DNA from: Octopus sinensis | Lineage: Eukaryota | Reading direction: 5' to 3' | NCBI RefSeq assembly: GCF_006345805.1 | Contig: NC_042997.1 | Coordinates: 104,470,001 to 104,534,000 of the forward strand | Length of the DNA stretch: 64,000 nt | Shown here: positions 11,436 to 25,560 of the stretch, piece by piece | Position numbering within the stretch: the stretch's first letter is position 1 | How the letters are laid out: each line of letters starts with the position of its first letter | Notes under the pieces: generated by a model | Databases searched by the model: none | Told to the model about the DNA's origin: nothing | Seen by the model: only the letters and a program-made list of their open reading frames with translations | Position numbers and translations under genes: made by a program

Positions 11436-11955
11436 TCCATCATATATATAATACAAATGAGTGGAAATTCTACCAGTGTGTGTGTCAAATTATAAGGCAC
11501 TAGAAGAGAATGACTCTCCCCAGACAAAACAGTATATATATACATATATATATGTATGCATTATATGTATATATATATAATATAATATATATATAATATA
11601 TATTATATAATATATATATATATATACTAAGCAATTAAGGCTTTAGCAACGAATTGCCTCACCACACACCGAATTTAGAAGTAGCAGTCAAAGAGTTATA
11701 GCTATTCTTTCTACTAAAAGGGAGATCTCAGTAAAAACACAGCACTTGAAAGGCAAACACAGACAGGTAAGAGAGAACGAAATGACGGCAATCTATCATA
11801 CAATTTTAAGTCACCTACGGACGTACGTTTCGAAATTAAGTTTTAGGAAAGCATAAGAATTAGATAATTATATCTTACCCATACATACATACATACATAC
11901 ATATAGTGTATATATATATATATATATAATATACACACACACACACACACACATA

Positions 11956-12021
<66 letters not shown>

Positions 12022-12144
12022 GTATGTAATACGTACTTATACACACAAATACACTCACACACATACTGAGAGAGACACAGAGACACAGATGGACATCTGT
12101 ATTTGTGTATGTATGCGGGTCTCGGTGCTTTGGGAGCATATTTT

Positions 12145-12528
12145 CTTGTACTTGTTTCAACCTGTAGACTGCAGCCATACTATAGCACTGCCTTGAAAAA
12201 TTTTAGTCGATCTCTTTTTATTTTTTAGTCTGCTATTCATACCATCAGTCTCTTTAGCCGAACCGCTATGTTACGCGGGCGTAATCTCCCCAACACTGGT
12301 CGCCAACTGATGGTGCAGATAAACACAGACACAAAGATGCACACGCAGACACACACACGCACACACACACACCAATTCGATTAACTTCATTCTAGAAGAT
12401 CCACTCACAAAGCTTTGGTCAGCTCGAGGCTATAGTAGAAGACATCTGCCGAAGCTGCTACGCATTTGGACCGAACCCGGAACCCTGCTGTTAGTATACA
12501 AACTTCTTAACACACAGCCACGCCTGCG
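12145..12528 (-). mobile_element. SINE family C, near full length, degenerate
   Basis: Head cgcaggcgtggctgtgtgttaag... ends at 12528; internal (CA)n; tail homologous to 37398-37765. Confidence 0.8.
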
Positions 12529-12937
12529 TATGCACGTATATAAATATGACATGTAATGTAAATTCTTGCCGGTGAAATTCTGTATGCAAAATGCAGAGAG
12601 CACGAACGCATAAACCTTCAAAAAAATGTAATACCTCACGCATGAAGGTGCAGTTGTTTGCATGTATGCAAGTATACTGTACTAACATCCACTGTGAATG
12701 TAAAAAAAATCGGTTAGCCGTTTATTGATGGAGAAACGTTAATACAAGGAATCCGATCTTATGTTATAAAACACTGTCGCGCGCTCACACAAACAAACAC
12801 CCACGCACAGAAAAGAAGCGCATAGAAGTACACAATATCAAAATAACGTATCTATATGAATGTGTAATATATTTATATTAACACACACATATATATGTAC
12901 ACATACAGATATGAATTGATATTCTTATACGCCTGTG

Positions 12938-12980
<43 letters not shown>

Positions 12981-13408
12981 ATTTGTATGTGTGTTTTGGG
13001 TGTTTCAGTGAGAGAGAGAGAGAGAGAGAGAGAGTGAAAGAGAGTGCGTTTGTGTGAGTGTCTGTGTGAGTGCATGCGTATATAAGTTTGTGCGTATATG
13101 TATTCACTCTCACAAGTATACACGCATATTTATTAACAATAACAGAGAAAAAAATATCAAACTTAATACTTAATACTTTCATATACATAAACCTCCAAAC
13201 GCATCTCTCCACATTGAAAAATAAATAAATTTGAACACAATATTACTGAAATGAATAAATACATACATACATACATACATACATACATACATACATACAT
13301 ACATCACGCATACATACATACATATATGCATACATACACATACATACATACATATATATATGTATATACATACATACATATATATATATACATATATATA
13401 TATATATT

Positions 13409-13448
<40 letters not shown>

Positions 13449-13970
13449 ATATACATACATATATATATATACATATATAAATATATACCACATATATATA
13501 TATATATATAATATATATATATATATAATATATAATATATATATATATATTTGATAGAATAGAATAGAATAAATAAAACTTCTTTAAAAAAAAACCTATT
13601 CAAAATCACATTGAGAAGCTTATCTTAGAATAAAATACGTTTCGCATTCGTGATTATCAATCGAATGTCCTACCGGATTTTAATTATTTGATAAATAAAT
13701 ATTCAAATAAAAATTTGAAAATGTAAATGAAATATATAATAAAGTTATCGTGTTTTACCATGTTATCGTAGTTACTCTGTTTTATATTTCTATATTATTG
13801 ACTTAATATTTGAGCTCTGTTTGATCGTCTGTTTCCCCTTTTGCTTTCATTGTCGTCTATCTTATCGCTCTCTAGCTTTCTATATATTTCTCGACACTAC
13901 GATGTGTATATTTCCTATAGTCTCCCCCTCTGTCTCCTTACATTTATTGGTTGTCTCTAAGCGAATTAAG

Positions 13971-14008
<38 letters not shown>

Positions 14009-14207
14009 TGCATACATTCCTGCATGCACGTATATAATTCATGATACGTGTACGCGTATGTATGTATGAATGTATGCATGTATGAATGTATGTATGTATG
14101 ATGTATGTATAATATATATATATGTATGTAGTATGTATGTATGTATATGTAATATATATATATATATATATATATGATATATATATGTGTGTGTGTGTAT
14201 GTATATG

Positions 14208-14261
<54 letters not shown>

Positions 14262-15746
14262 ATGTATATATATATATATATATATATGATTATAATCATA
14301 CATGTATACAATTCTAGAAATACACATGCAGGCACTCATACATGTCCGTGAGTTCTTGAGAATGGAATGATTTTAATTAAAAAACATTCTAATCCTAACG
14401 ACTTTTTTTTCTCATTAGCATTAAAACTTCAATTAATTAGAATTTATATTGACTCTCGACTTATTGTAGTCTGAAACAGTCTAATCTCCAAGATGTAAAT
14501 GGAGGAAATACTTCATCGATATGGTAGGTAGATGTTCAGACGTTTGTCTCTTTTGCTATGTAATTTCATCATTACGTAAGTTCATCATTATATTTAGTTC
14601 GTGCATACATATGTATCAACTACAGAGAAATAAATCTATATTTTAGGAAGTGAGATAGGACAAAGGTAATGTAAAAAAACTCGCAAGGTGTATATATTTA
14701 AGATGCTTTCGGTTTAATTATCCAGAATCTCGAGGCTGTGAGGTTGGCCAGAGAAGTATGGCGAGTGTATTTTGTTGTTACAGCCCGGGTTGGAATCCGG
14801 TCATAATAAAATAATCGTTTTAATTCAGTTTAACCGTGAATTATAGTAGGAAGCATAGATAGAAATATTTCTAATATATCATATGATGTATCAGAAATAT
14901 CCAGCCATCCATTTTCACAAGCCATTAGTTGTAGAATCCTACAAGATCATATCAGAGACAACCGGCTTTTAGCTCTCCTTCTGAATTCCACAATTGGAAT
15001 AGAGATGAAAGTTCTGTAGGAACTGATTTTTTATTATTTTTTACTTCATTTCATATGTTTCAGTCCAAAGTCTGCGGCCATGCTAGAGAACCGCCCGTGT
15101 TGAATATAAATATTTTTTCTGTTATTTATTCACAGTTTCATACTTTTATTTCATTAATCATCGGTATTTGAAGCGTTTTAAACCACACCCAGTTGTACCT
15201 TCTTTGGAATTTTTGCTTTCGTTGCCTGATTTTCAAACAGTATCATCGCAGCATAAACGCAAGTATTTATTCAATTAAAACATGCCTCACTAATCAACAA
15301 TCAGAAAATTTTCAGTTTCTCAAAAATGGCCCACTCTTAAATGTATCCTAAAAGCTTAAAAGTGTCCTAAAATTTCGCTGCTGTAATCAAGCCAGGTTGG
15401 TAAGTGTAAAATTGACTTCAATATCTTTTGCGTGGGTAGAAGTGCGACCCAAACAGGAAATGTATCCAACGGTACCTTAATGTTTTGTCTAAATCACTAT
15501 TTAGTTGCATATAGCGCAATGTGAACTCAGAACAATGTAGCCATGAAATACATGATCTTATCCACAAACTCCTGTCTGGAACTCCTGTCAATCATTCATA
15601 TATATTTCATATATTAGCAATAAATACATCCCGAACAACATGATTTGTCATATTGCAAATTACTTTTAACATAGCTTTAATTGGGCTCCAACAGGTTTAC
15701 GCCTTCCACTTTCTCTTTTTGTATTATTTTATCCAAACCTTTGTAT

Positions 15747-15825
15747 TTTCATGTATGTACGTATGCATGTATGCATGTATGTATGTATGTATGTATGTAT
15801 GTATGTATGTATGTATGTATACATA

Positions 15826-15859
<34 letters not shown>

Positions 15860-15894
15860 ATCTATCTATCTTATTTATCTATCTATCTATCTAT

Positions 15895-15938
<44 letters not shown>

Positions 15939-15967
15939 CCTATCTATCTATCTATCTATCTACCTAC

Positions 15968-16059
<92 letters not shown>

Positions 16060-16060
16060 T
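15747..16060. repeat. (TATG)n followed by (TATC)n microsatellite
   Basis: Direct inspection; the (TATC)n part abuts the Tx1-like copy. Confidence 0.95.
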
Positions 16061-16062
16061 TA

Positions 16063-16931
16063 CCTCGTGCAGTGTCCAACAATTTCCGACCTGTGGGCTT
16101 ATGTCGAACAACTGCTGTCACGTGTGGGACGAGTCGGTTTATCAGCTGAGTCTATCGTTAATATTGTCAAGCCTCCTTCCTTCAAACGGGAAGGAAGAGC
16201 TATTTTCATCATCCTTGTGGCTATGGCGAAAGAATGTATCTGGTGGACGCGTCTGAAAGGATTGGAGACAAACTTTTTCCTCTCTGGTCAATCTCTCATC
16301 AACTTCTTCAAGTACCACTTGAAAAGGAAAGTGAGAGTAGAGAGGCAAGTTTTGTCTAGCGAATGTTTTAAAAAAAATGGGTGAATGTAGCAAGGATGGC
16401 ACGTATGAATGACGAAGCCACCTTGAGCATAATCCTATGAACCCAGAAATTGAAAACAGAGGGTTACCCACTTGCAAACAAATGTGGTAACATATAACAA
16501 TATTGCCCAAGGTTACCGTGGTCTTTTTCGTAGGCTTTTCTTCCCACGGATAAACCTTACTTGCTTTCCCTTTTACACCATATATCATAACACTGTGATA
16601 CACGATCCCTATTGATCGTTCTTTTTTTTTTTTTTCCTCTTCCCTTTTTTCCCCTTTTTTCTTCTTTTTTTTCATTTCTCTCTTTCCTTTTGTTCTTTTT
16701 CTTTTTTTTTTCTTTTTATTTCTTTTTATTTTTTTTATTTTATTCAATTTTTTTTTTTTTTGTTTTTTTGGTTTTTGTTCTTTTCTTCCCTTTTACGATC
16801 CCTCTTGATCGAAAACCTACGCCACCCCCTTTTTTTTCTTTTGTTTTTTTTTTTCTTCATCCCCCAAAAGAAAAGCTCTACCTTGTAACTTGTCCCATCT
16901 GTGTGCAGCCCTGTGTGGCCAATAAAGAAAC
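16063..16931 (+). mobile_element. 5'-truncated Tx1/L1-like non-LTR retrotransposon, copy 1
   Basis: VQCPTISDLWAYVEQLLSRVGR... ORF2 C-terminus, then a T-rich 3' UTR ending aataaagaaac. Highly similar to the 21325-22612 copy. (TATC)n on both flanks. Confidence 0.92.
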
Positions 16932-16981
16932 TTATCTTATCTATCTATCTTATATATATATATCTTATATATATCTATCTT

Positions 16982-17080
<99 letters not shown>

Positions 17081-17413
17081 GTGTGCGTGTATCTGTCAAT
17101 CTATTGACCTATGAACCAATCTACATAGTTTCCGTTCTTTCACTCTATCTCACTCTCCTTTTAAGTATATGAGTATACGTGTGTACAGGCAGCATTTGCG
17201 TGTGTACGTGCATGCGTAAGAGTAGCGATGAATGTGTTCATGTGTGCGTGTATGTGTGCGTATGTGTATGCTTGTGTGTACTTGTGTGTGTGAATGAGTA
17301 TGTGGGAAGTCTGCATGACTTTATGTAACTCGCTTCTCAGATTAATAGATACATCATCCCATGTCCTTTCAATATTCAATCGGCAACAAACCGCAATAAC
17401 AAGGTTGAGTTTC

Positions 17414-17414
<1 letters not shown>

Positions 17415-17461
<47 letters not shown>

Positions 17462-17537
17462 TCACTGCTGCTGCTGCTGTTGTTGCTGTTGTTGCTGCCG
17501 TCGCGGCCGCCACACAACCAGCACCAGCACCACCACC

Positions 17538-17568
<31 letters not shown>

Positions 17569-17672
17569 CCACCACCACTACTACTACTACTACAACTACT
17601 ACTACTACTACTATACTACTACTACTACTACAAACAATAGCAACTATAACAACAACGACGACAACAACAGCA
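17415..17672. repeat. Compound trinucleotide microsatellite (CTA)(CTG)(GTT)(CAC)(CTA)(CAA)
   Basis: Direct inspection; explains the poly-L/H/Y/T ORF 17294-17788. Confidence 0.9.
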
Positions 17673-18392
17673 ACAAGAACACCTGTACAAAATCAACAAT
17701 TTCGAAAAGGCACAACATGGCGATCAATCTCCCTATTACACAAACCCACGCATCTTCTTTTTACAAAACAATAGCCAAAACGTTATGAAATAAAATAGAA
17801 GATTGATTGACAAGGCTAAGCAATTAGGAGTCAAACTATCGATATAAACGACTCATATAAACGATGACACTGGCATGAAATCGTTATTTTTTAATAATGT
17901 TTAATACAGAAGAATCCCCTCTAAGCACTCTCAGTGTAGCTTTAGTTGTCAAGTGAGGTGTTATAACGTTTCGTGCACACATAATATGATGTGCTATCGG
18001 TTCATTTCCTCTTGAACAAATAACAGTGGGAGCAATTGCTAGCATAGTGTCAGTATTAGAGCAAGGCTTTCTAGGTATTAAGTACTCCTTACAGATCGGC
18101 TACACCATTCAAAATGTCAGCAAAATGAAGTCGAACTCACGACAAATATTTCATCAGCCAATCAGTTAAAAAGGCAACTGACCATTCATTTTTATTTATC
18201 GCCTCACTAACCATTTAGATTAATATACACTCTCAATCAATCAATCGGTCTTATGTATTTATCTACCTATTTATCTATCTGTTTATCTATCTATAAATCT
18301 ATCAATCAAATTTCTGCCTACATTTCTCCAAAGGATAAACAGATGAATCGATTGATACACAGATCATGCACATAGACATGTATACACACACG

Positions 18393-18447
<55 letters not shown>

Positions 18448-18833
18448 TTGTGTGTGCGTTTGTGCATGTAAGTATGTATATGTATGTGCAACGGACTTCC
18501 AATGGACGACACCTCTTGGCCGCCAAGTTGTTCGCTCAACTGAAAGCCTACACACTGAATTAATATACAATGTGGCAGAGTATTCCGCAAACACTTGTCA
18601 ACACTGGACAATTGAATATAGCCAGAATCCTTTCAACGGGTTTCTTCGAAGACCATCAATGTTTTTAGTCGTTACTTGCAGTGTTGAATATACAAAATTA
18701 TAAAGCATTCTTCTTTAAATATTAAGAGACCACGGAAGTGTTTACTCCCTTACATGTGGTGGTGGGGGTTGTATATGTTTGTATGCATGTATATATGTAT
18801 GCATGTGTATATGTATGTATGTGCGCGTGTATA

Positions 18834-18869
<36 letters not shown>

Positions 18870-18877
18870 TGTGTGTG

Positions 18878-18929
<52 letters not shown>

Positions 18930-20016
18930 TAAATACTTGAGTATAAACAAAAACGGGTAAGAGGACACTTAACTGGAAAAAGTGTGTTGTATATTTTATT
19001 CCAATTTGAAACTTCACAGAATATTTCTGTAAGTTTTCCGTTTCTGATTTTTGGATGTTAAAAAAATGGAGCATAATATATATGTTTAATAAGCAAGTCA
19101 GATATATTTTGAATAACTGAGTCCACATTGGTTGGATGGTATAGTCCTGACTTTGATCTTATGACCGTTGCACAAAGATAGAACATGAAAGAAAGAAAAA
19201 ATAGAGAAGACAGTGGCACTTCGTTTATGCCAGTAATTCAAGAAAGAAAATGACGAAAGAATTTATGTGTACTGAGCGATAAATAATTTTACTATAAACG
19301 CAATTCTCACTTTTTGAGGGAGGTGGGCTAATAATTATTTCATCCATCCCGACCCGAACGGATGTAAAGCAAAGACGATTTCGACGGAAACTGAGCAATG
19401 AACAATAACACGGAAAATACTTACGTAAAGAATAAAGATGTGTAAACACTATCATGTTTAACGACTCTGATTGATGGAAAGTTGAGGGACAAAAGACTTA
19501 CAACAAATCGCACTAAAGGTACCCAATGAATAAGCGATAATTGCTAAGCAGAGCGACAGATTTAGTCTATTATTACATAAGAAACGTCCACATAGCTTCT
19601 GTCAACTAAATTTCACTTTAATGGTACGGTCCATTGTGCAAACCACTTTCCCAAGATGCAACTTAGTAAGTTTAAGATCGAAAGTATTTAGTTTGAAAGT
19701 AAAAAGTTTAATCATACAGCCATGTTTAAATGATTTTTCTGGTTGCTTTCTGAAAGTGAGAATTATAAATTTCTACGCTCGCAGACTACCAGGATGATAA
19801 CCTATTCCTGATATATCAAGGTGAAATGAGATGCTGAAGAGAAACACAAGCAAAATGGCTACTTTGAATATGAGGTCACGACGTGTTAGTTCGTATAGTA
19901 ATATCCTTACGAAACCATTCATACTTAGTACTGTAGTAATTGCAAGAATTCATAAAGAAAGACACACCTTGATTATTATTTTCTAGTGAGTTAAGTGTTA
20001 AACCATTTAAAGGGTA

Positions 20017-20232
20017 CGGTGGTGAAATGGAAGAATCATTAGCATGCTGGCCAGAATGCTTGGCTACATTTCGTTCATCATTAGGCTCTGAGTTCAAATT
20101 CCGCCGAGATCGAATTTGCATTTCATCCTTCGGAATAGATAAAATAAGTACAAGTTGAGTTCTTGGGTCGATGCAATCGGCTTACCCCATCCCTCGAAAT
20201 TTCTAGCCTTGTGCCAAAATTTGAAACCAATA
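20017..20232 (+). mobile_element. SINE family B, degenerate
   Basis: ctgagttcaaattccgccgagatcgaatttgcatttcatccttcgg...aagtacaagtt matches the 7871-8270 family. Confidence 0.8.
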
Positions 20233-21236
20233 TATTTAAGGTGTGGGCAATATAAACGTGATAAAGAAAAGACAACTACTAATATAATCGTAATTTTTCG
20301 AAGAGAACAATGCCTCCGGATGAGATTAAGCTATATTATGCCTCTTCAACCAAGCAAACCAACGAGTTGATAAGATAACCACAATATTGTACAGATAAGA
20401 CGCGTAAAAAATTAGCATATTTAAAAAATAAATTCACTGAAGTTAATTAGTCAGAGATGATCTTGGCCCATTGTTCTTTCCATTTCTTACAAAGCTAGTC
20501 AACCATTTGTAATTATGCAGCATCGGGTATTCATTTAAATTCTTTTACTGTTTGTTTTTGTTTCTTTCTGTTAGTTCATATGCGCATACCCCCACACTCA
20601 GAGACACACAAATTCGCACGCTCACACATGTTATGTTGTGCATTTATGAAGGAAATTGCTCATATAAAACTATTGCTATTTTTCATTGTATTCGATCATG
20701 AATCTAGTCAATTGTTTTGGCAGCCTCTGCCTCTGACGTTGTGTGATGTCTTGCTTGGACGGTTATTAACTAGCCATCGTCGTCCATCTGTCAAGGCCAC
20801 CTGTGGACACTGTGATTTGACCAGATGGATGAATCATTGAAAAATATATTAAGCATCATTTGTTTTGGTGATACGGCACAAAGTAGTGAAAACTATATGC
20901 GGAATGTCGCAAGGGTTTTGTATGCTGTATGAGAAAGAATTAGGAACATTGAAAGAATAGAATGTATAAGATCAAGCAATAAAAATATTGCAGATAGAGA
21001 TATAATGAAAGAAACGGAGAGAGAGGGGGGGAGAAAAAGACAGAGACAGACGGAAGCTGAGAAATACATTTAGTGAAGCAGAAAGCAGTGAGTGTCAATG
21101 TAAGCAAGTTAATAGAGAACTAGTAGGCTTGAGCAAATAAAAGCCGTATTAACTTTACGAAAGACAGATAAGTTGTTACAGAGACGAGGGAGGACGAGAG
21201 TAATTAAGTAAGTTAGATAGACAGGTAAATAGATAG

Positions 21237-21309
<73 letters not shown>

Positions 21310-21324
21310 CAGATAGATAGATAT

Positions 21325-22612
21325 GTTTCTTTATTAGCCACATAGGGCTGCACACAGACAGGACAAAATTACAAGGTAGAGCTTTTCTTTTGGGGGTAAA
21401 AGAAGGGGGTTTGGTTTTCGATCAAAAGGGATCGTAAATGGAAAGAAAGAGGACAAAAAAAGGAGGGGATAAAATAAATTTTTTTTAAAAAAGGGGAGGT
21501 GAGGAAAAAAAAGGGAAAGGAAAAAAATGATCAATAGGGATCGTTATCACAGAAATGTCAATATGAAGTGTAAAGGGGAGGAGAGGTGAGGTTTACCCGT
21601 GGAAAGAAAAGCCTACGGAAAAGACCACGGTAACCTCGGTCAATGAAGTCACATGTTATATTTCTTTTTTTTTTGCAAATAAGCAACTCTCTGTATTAAT
21701 TTTTACGGTTCATAGAATCATAGTCAGGTGGCTTCGTCATTCATACGTGCCATCCTTGCTACATTCACCCATCTTTTTTTAAAACATTCACTAGACAAAA
21801 CTTGCCTCTCTACTCTCACTTTCCTCTTCAAGTGATACTTGAAGAAGTTGATGAGAGATTGACCAGAGAGGAAAGTGTTTGTCTCTAATCCTTTCAGGCG
21901 CGTCCACCAGATACATTCTTTCGCCATAGCCACAAGTATGATAAAAATAGCTCTTCCTTCCCGTTTGAAGGAAGGAGGCGTGACGATATTAACGATAGAC
22001 TCGGCTGATAAACCGACACGTCCCACACGTGACAGCAGTCGTTCGACATAAGCCCACAGGTCGGAGATTGTTGGACACTGCACGATTGCGTGCAGAGCGG
22101 TTTCGTCGCTCTGCCCGCATCTCGGGCAGGTCGGCCCCGTGTTTCTCGAGCCATGCCTATAGAGCTTATCCCGAACGGGTGGCGCTTCTCGGTAGCACCG
22201 CCAGGTCAGGGATCTCTGGAAGTTGTCCATAGGTCCCGGCCCGAAAGTCGTTTCAAACAGGCGGGTCAGGTATTCCTCGTCGACGCCCAGGTTTGCTCCA
22301 AGATCGTCGTCGTACCTCCCCTCCACTAATCCCCTATAGAATGCTTTGGTTGTGTTGAAGTCACTCAAGGTCGACCCGGGACGGCAGAGTTGCTTGAGAC
22401 CAACGCGACACTCGCGATGCCATTCGCACTTCCTCGGCCTCTTCTTGATCCACGACTGCAGTTTGGTCATGGAGATGAGCTGCGGGAACGCGTGCCTCAC
22501 AAACGGCGACCACACCTGTTCACCGTCGTCTACATAGAGCCGGAGATGTCGCAGTCTCAGCGCGTGTCTGCGCATCATCAACCATGGCATACCCAGCCGT
22601 CCTTTTAACGGG
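21325..22612 (-). mobile_element. 5'-truncated Tx1/L1-like retrotransposon, copy 2 (open 288-aa ORF2 C-terminus at 21724-22590)
   Basis: CX2CX8HX4C knuckle CPRCGQSDETALHAIVQC; GGLG-like KGRLGMP at the 5' edge; same 3' end (aataaagaaac) as copy 1, followed by (TATC)n. Confidence 0.93.
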
Positions 22613-22675
22613 TGGATAGATAGTTAGATAGATAGCCAGCCAGAAGAGAATGCTTTCCAGTTTGGTGATAGTAGG

Positions 22676-22801
22676 TTGCTCCCATTACCGCTTCGTATTC
22701 TTTTAGTATCTCGCCGACCAAGTCGATCTGCTTGTGGCTCGACACTATGACGGTGACGTCGTCCGCGTATGCAGACACGCTCGTACCGCATCCCAGCTCT
22801 C
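22676..22801 (-). pseudogene. Tx1/L1-like RT catalytic fragment
   Basis: The minus strand translates ELGCGTSVSAYADDVTVIVSSHKQIDLVGEILKEYEAVMGA; YADD at 22758-22769. Confidence 0.9.
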
Positions 22802-22845
<44 letters not shown>

Positions 22846-23350
22846 GTAGGTAGGTAGGTAGGTAGGTAGGTAGGTAGGTAGGTAGGTAGGACAGGCAAAA
22901 GGACGTGGATTGCGGAACTTATAAATATTGAAATATTCATAGCGTAAGAACAGTCAGATACGGTGAAGTATATGAGAGAAACTGAATACTAAGAGCAAGT
23001 GAGAGATAAAGAGAAATTGATAGTTGAAAACTTCTGGGGTGAGAACCTTTATTGGTAAACAGAAGAGGCGGGGGGGGGGAATAGAGTTTTAAAGAATGTT
23101 AAGAGGATTGTGAGATAAAGAAGATAAATAGAATTAAAACAAACAAAAATTTCAGAGAAAAGCAAAGGAAGTAATTTGAATGTTATTTCGGAAAACTGAA
23201 AATGAGAAAAATGAAATATGAGATGGACAGTGATTAAATAGAAAAATATATATACTTACACATACGTATACACACGCACACACATGCACACAGACACTCA
23301 TTCATATATACATACATATACATACACATATATATTATATTATATTATAT

Positions 23351-23396
<46 letters not shown>

Positions 23397-23409
23397 TAAT
23401 ATATATATA

Positions 23410-23487
<78 letters not shown>

Positions 23488-24024
23488 GTATATATATGTA
23501 TATATATATAATATATGTGTATATATATATCATATACTATATATATATATATGTAGGTATTATAAATAGATGTATATATACACAATATTACCTACACATC
23601 AATCTATCTTTTCTATGTTAATTTAGAGGGAGGGAGAGAGAATTGAGAGATGGATAGAGAAAAAATTTCGGGTATGATACATTTTATGCTAGAATCTGTT
23701 TTTAGAGAGTCAAGCAGATTACGGGTGTTTTTTTCTTTTGTTTTTCTTTAAAAAGGACAGAGAGCAAGTGGAATACGTTCATGGAAAATTTAGTTTTATA
23801 TTGGTTGAAATGGGAACGGGGCTTTGTCGAATGTTTTCACCTTCACCAACATCACTTAGGAGATCCATGAGTCTACACTATTAATGGTTTTCATGAATTG
23901 TTTTAACTTCATATCAGGCACCAGAAAATAACAATAACAATAAGAATAAGGAAGGAAACTCCAGTGAACCGACATTTTTCTGAATAAGAATGAATTGCTG
24001 TGTACATATTAAGAGTAGTTAAAT

Positions 24025-24368
24025 GTGAAAGTGCATAACTCAGTGGTTAGAGCGTCGGGCCCACAATCATGAGGTTGTGAGTTCAATTGCCGGACCGGGC
24101 TGTGTGCTGTGTTCTTGAGCAAGACACGTTACTTCACGTTACTCCAGTTCACTCAGCTCTAGAAATGAGTTGCAACTATAATGAGTACCAAACTGCATCG
24201 GCCTTTGCCTTTCCCTCCGATAACGTCGGCGGCGTGAGGAAGGGAGGCTGATATGCATAAGTGACTGCTGGTCTTCCATAAACAACCTTGCCCGACTCCT
24301 ACCTCGGAGCCGGTAGGTAACTTACTGGGCGCAATCCCATGGTCATTCATGACCGAAGGGGATCTTTA
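24025..24368 (+). mobile_element. tRNA-derived SINE (H1 + tail T2)
   Basis: ctcagtggttagagc head; CORE-like tgtgttcttgagcaagacac; tail gactgctggtcttccataaacaacctt shared with 47248-47580. Confidence 0.85.
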
Positions 24369-24982
24369 CTCTTAATGGGAGTACTTTAAATGAGAAGAAA
24401 GGTGTTAATTAATAGTGTTTGCGTTGTGGCGGTACAAAATCCAGTCATCCCGACGAACAGAAGTAAAGAAAAAGCTTATGGACTAGATGCTGGAATGTGT
24501 TGGCAAATAAGTACATATCCAATCGTCGCGAGGCTATTTTTCGATGTAGTGTTCAATGTGTGTGGGAGCTACACCTCATTTTGTATCTTCTTTGGCCTTT
24601 CCAGATAACTGGGAATTGCTGGCGGGTGGAGTAATATCTCGTCATAACAGGAAGGTTACGAATAAAGGTCATCTAAAACTCAACGTTCTCTGTGTCTTAA
24701 GTGGTGAAAAGACTGTAGTTTGCATCGTTCTTATTTACAACTGTTTTGACTGTATAATTAGGTATTGCTTCTTTCTAGAAACATAACGCAGTATTTTTTA
24801 TGTAATGCAATAGCGAATTTCAACAGAAAGAGAATGTTTTCTAAATATCATTATTCTACATCTCTGACAAAATAAATGTCATCACTTGTTCGCCTTAATG
24901 TATTCTGAAACAAAACAAAATCACCTGTTCTTTTACCAGTAATCCAAAATATTACAATACGTATACATAAATATATATTTAT

Positions 24983-25025
<43 letters not shown>

Positions 25026-25212
25026 TGTAAACGCATACATATATGCCATCTTTTTTGCGATACGCAGGACTACATTGACAAATTCATCTTTCTTTTGCAA
25101 AAAGTCGTGTGAGATTTGGTTCGGTTACTATTTTTAACTAGATGATTGACCGAAGATGTGCTTCGTTTCCTCGTAAATATTACCTGTACACTTGAGCACA
25201 GCCTATTAAGCA

Positions 25213-25432
25213 TTCTTTTACATGTTTCAGTCATTTGACTGCGGCCATGCGTGACCCTAGGACTAATACTTTGTGAGCCTAGTGCTTACTCTATCGGTCT
25301 CTTTTGCTGAATCGTTTAGTTGCACACCAGCATCGGTTATCAAGTGATGGTGGGGGTGGGCAATCACAGATACACACACGCACACAAATATATACATACA
25401 TACATACACACAGACACACACAGACACAGACA

Positions 25433-25467
<35 letters not shown>

Positions 25468-25560
25468 TCACACACACATATATGTACGTCGAGCTTTTTC
25501 CAGTTTCTGTCTACCAAATCCACTCATAAGACTTTGGTCAGCCCAAGCTGCGACACTTTA
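25213..25560 (-). mobile_element. SINE family C, partial, with internal (CA)n
   Basis: tttcagtcatttgactgcggccatgc tail and ttctgtctaccaaatccactca mid-part. Confidence 0.8.

Noticed and set aside
11628-11800. Possible Penelope-type terminus with CTGAGA...GAAA on the minus strand
   Set aside because: The core lacks one nucleotide and stem III does not form; too degenerate to call.
24605-24654. Candidate 50-nt exon (strong ttctttggcctttccag acceptor; DNWELLAGGVISRHNRK)
   Set aside because: Only a moderate donor, no recognisable homology and no partner exons; such signals are common by chance in 64 kb.
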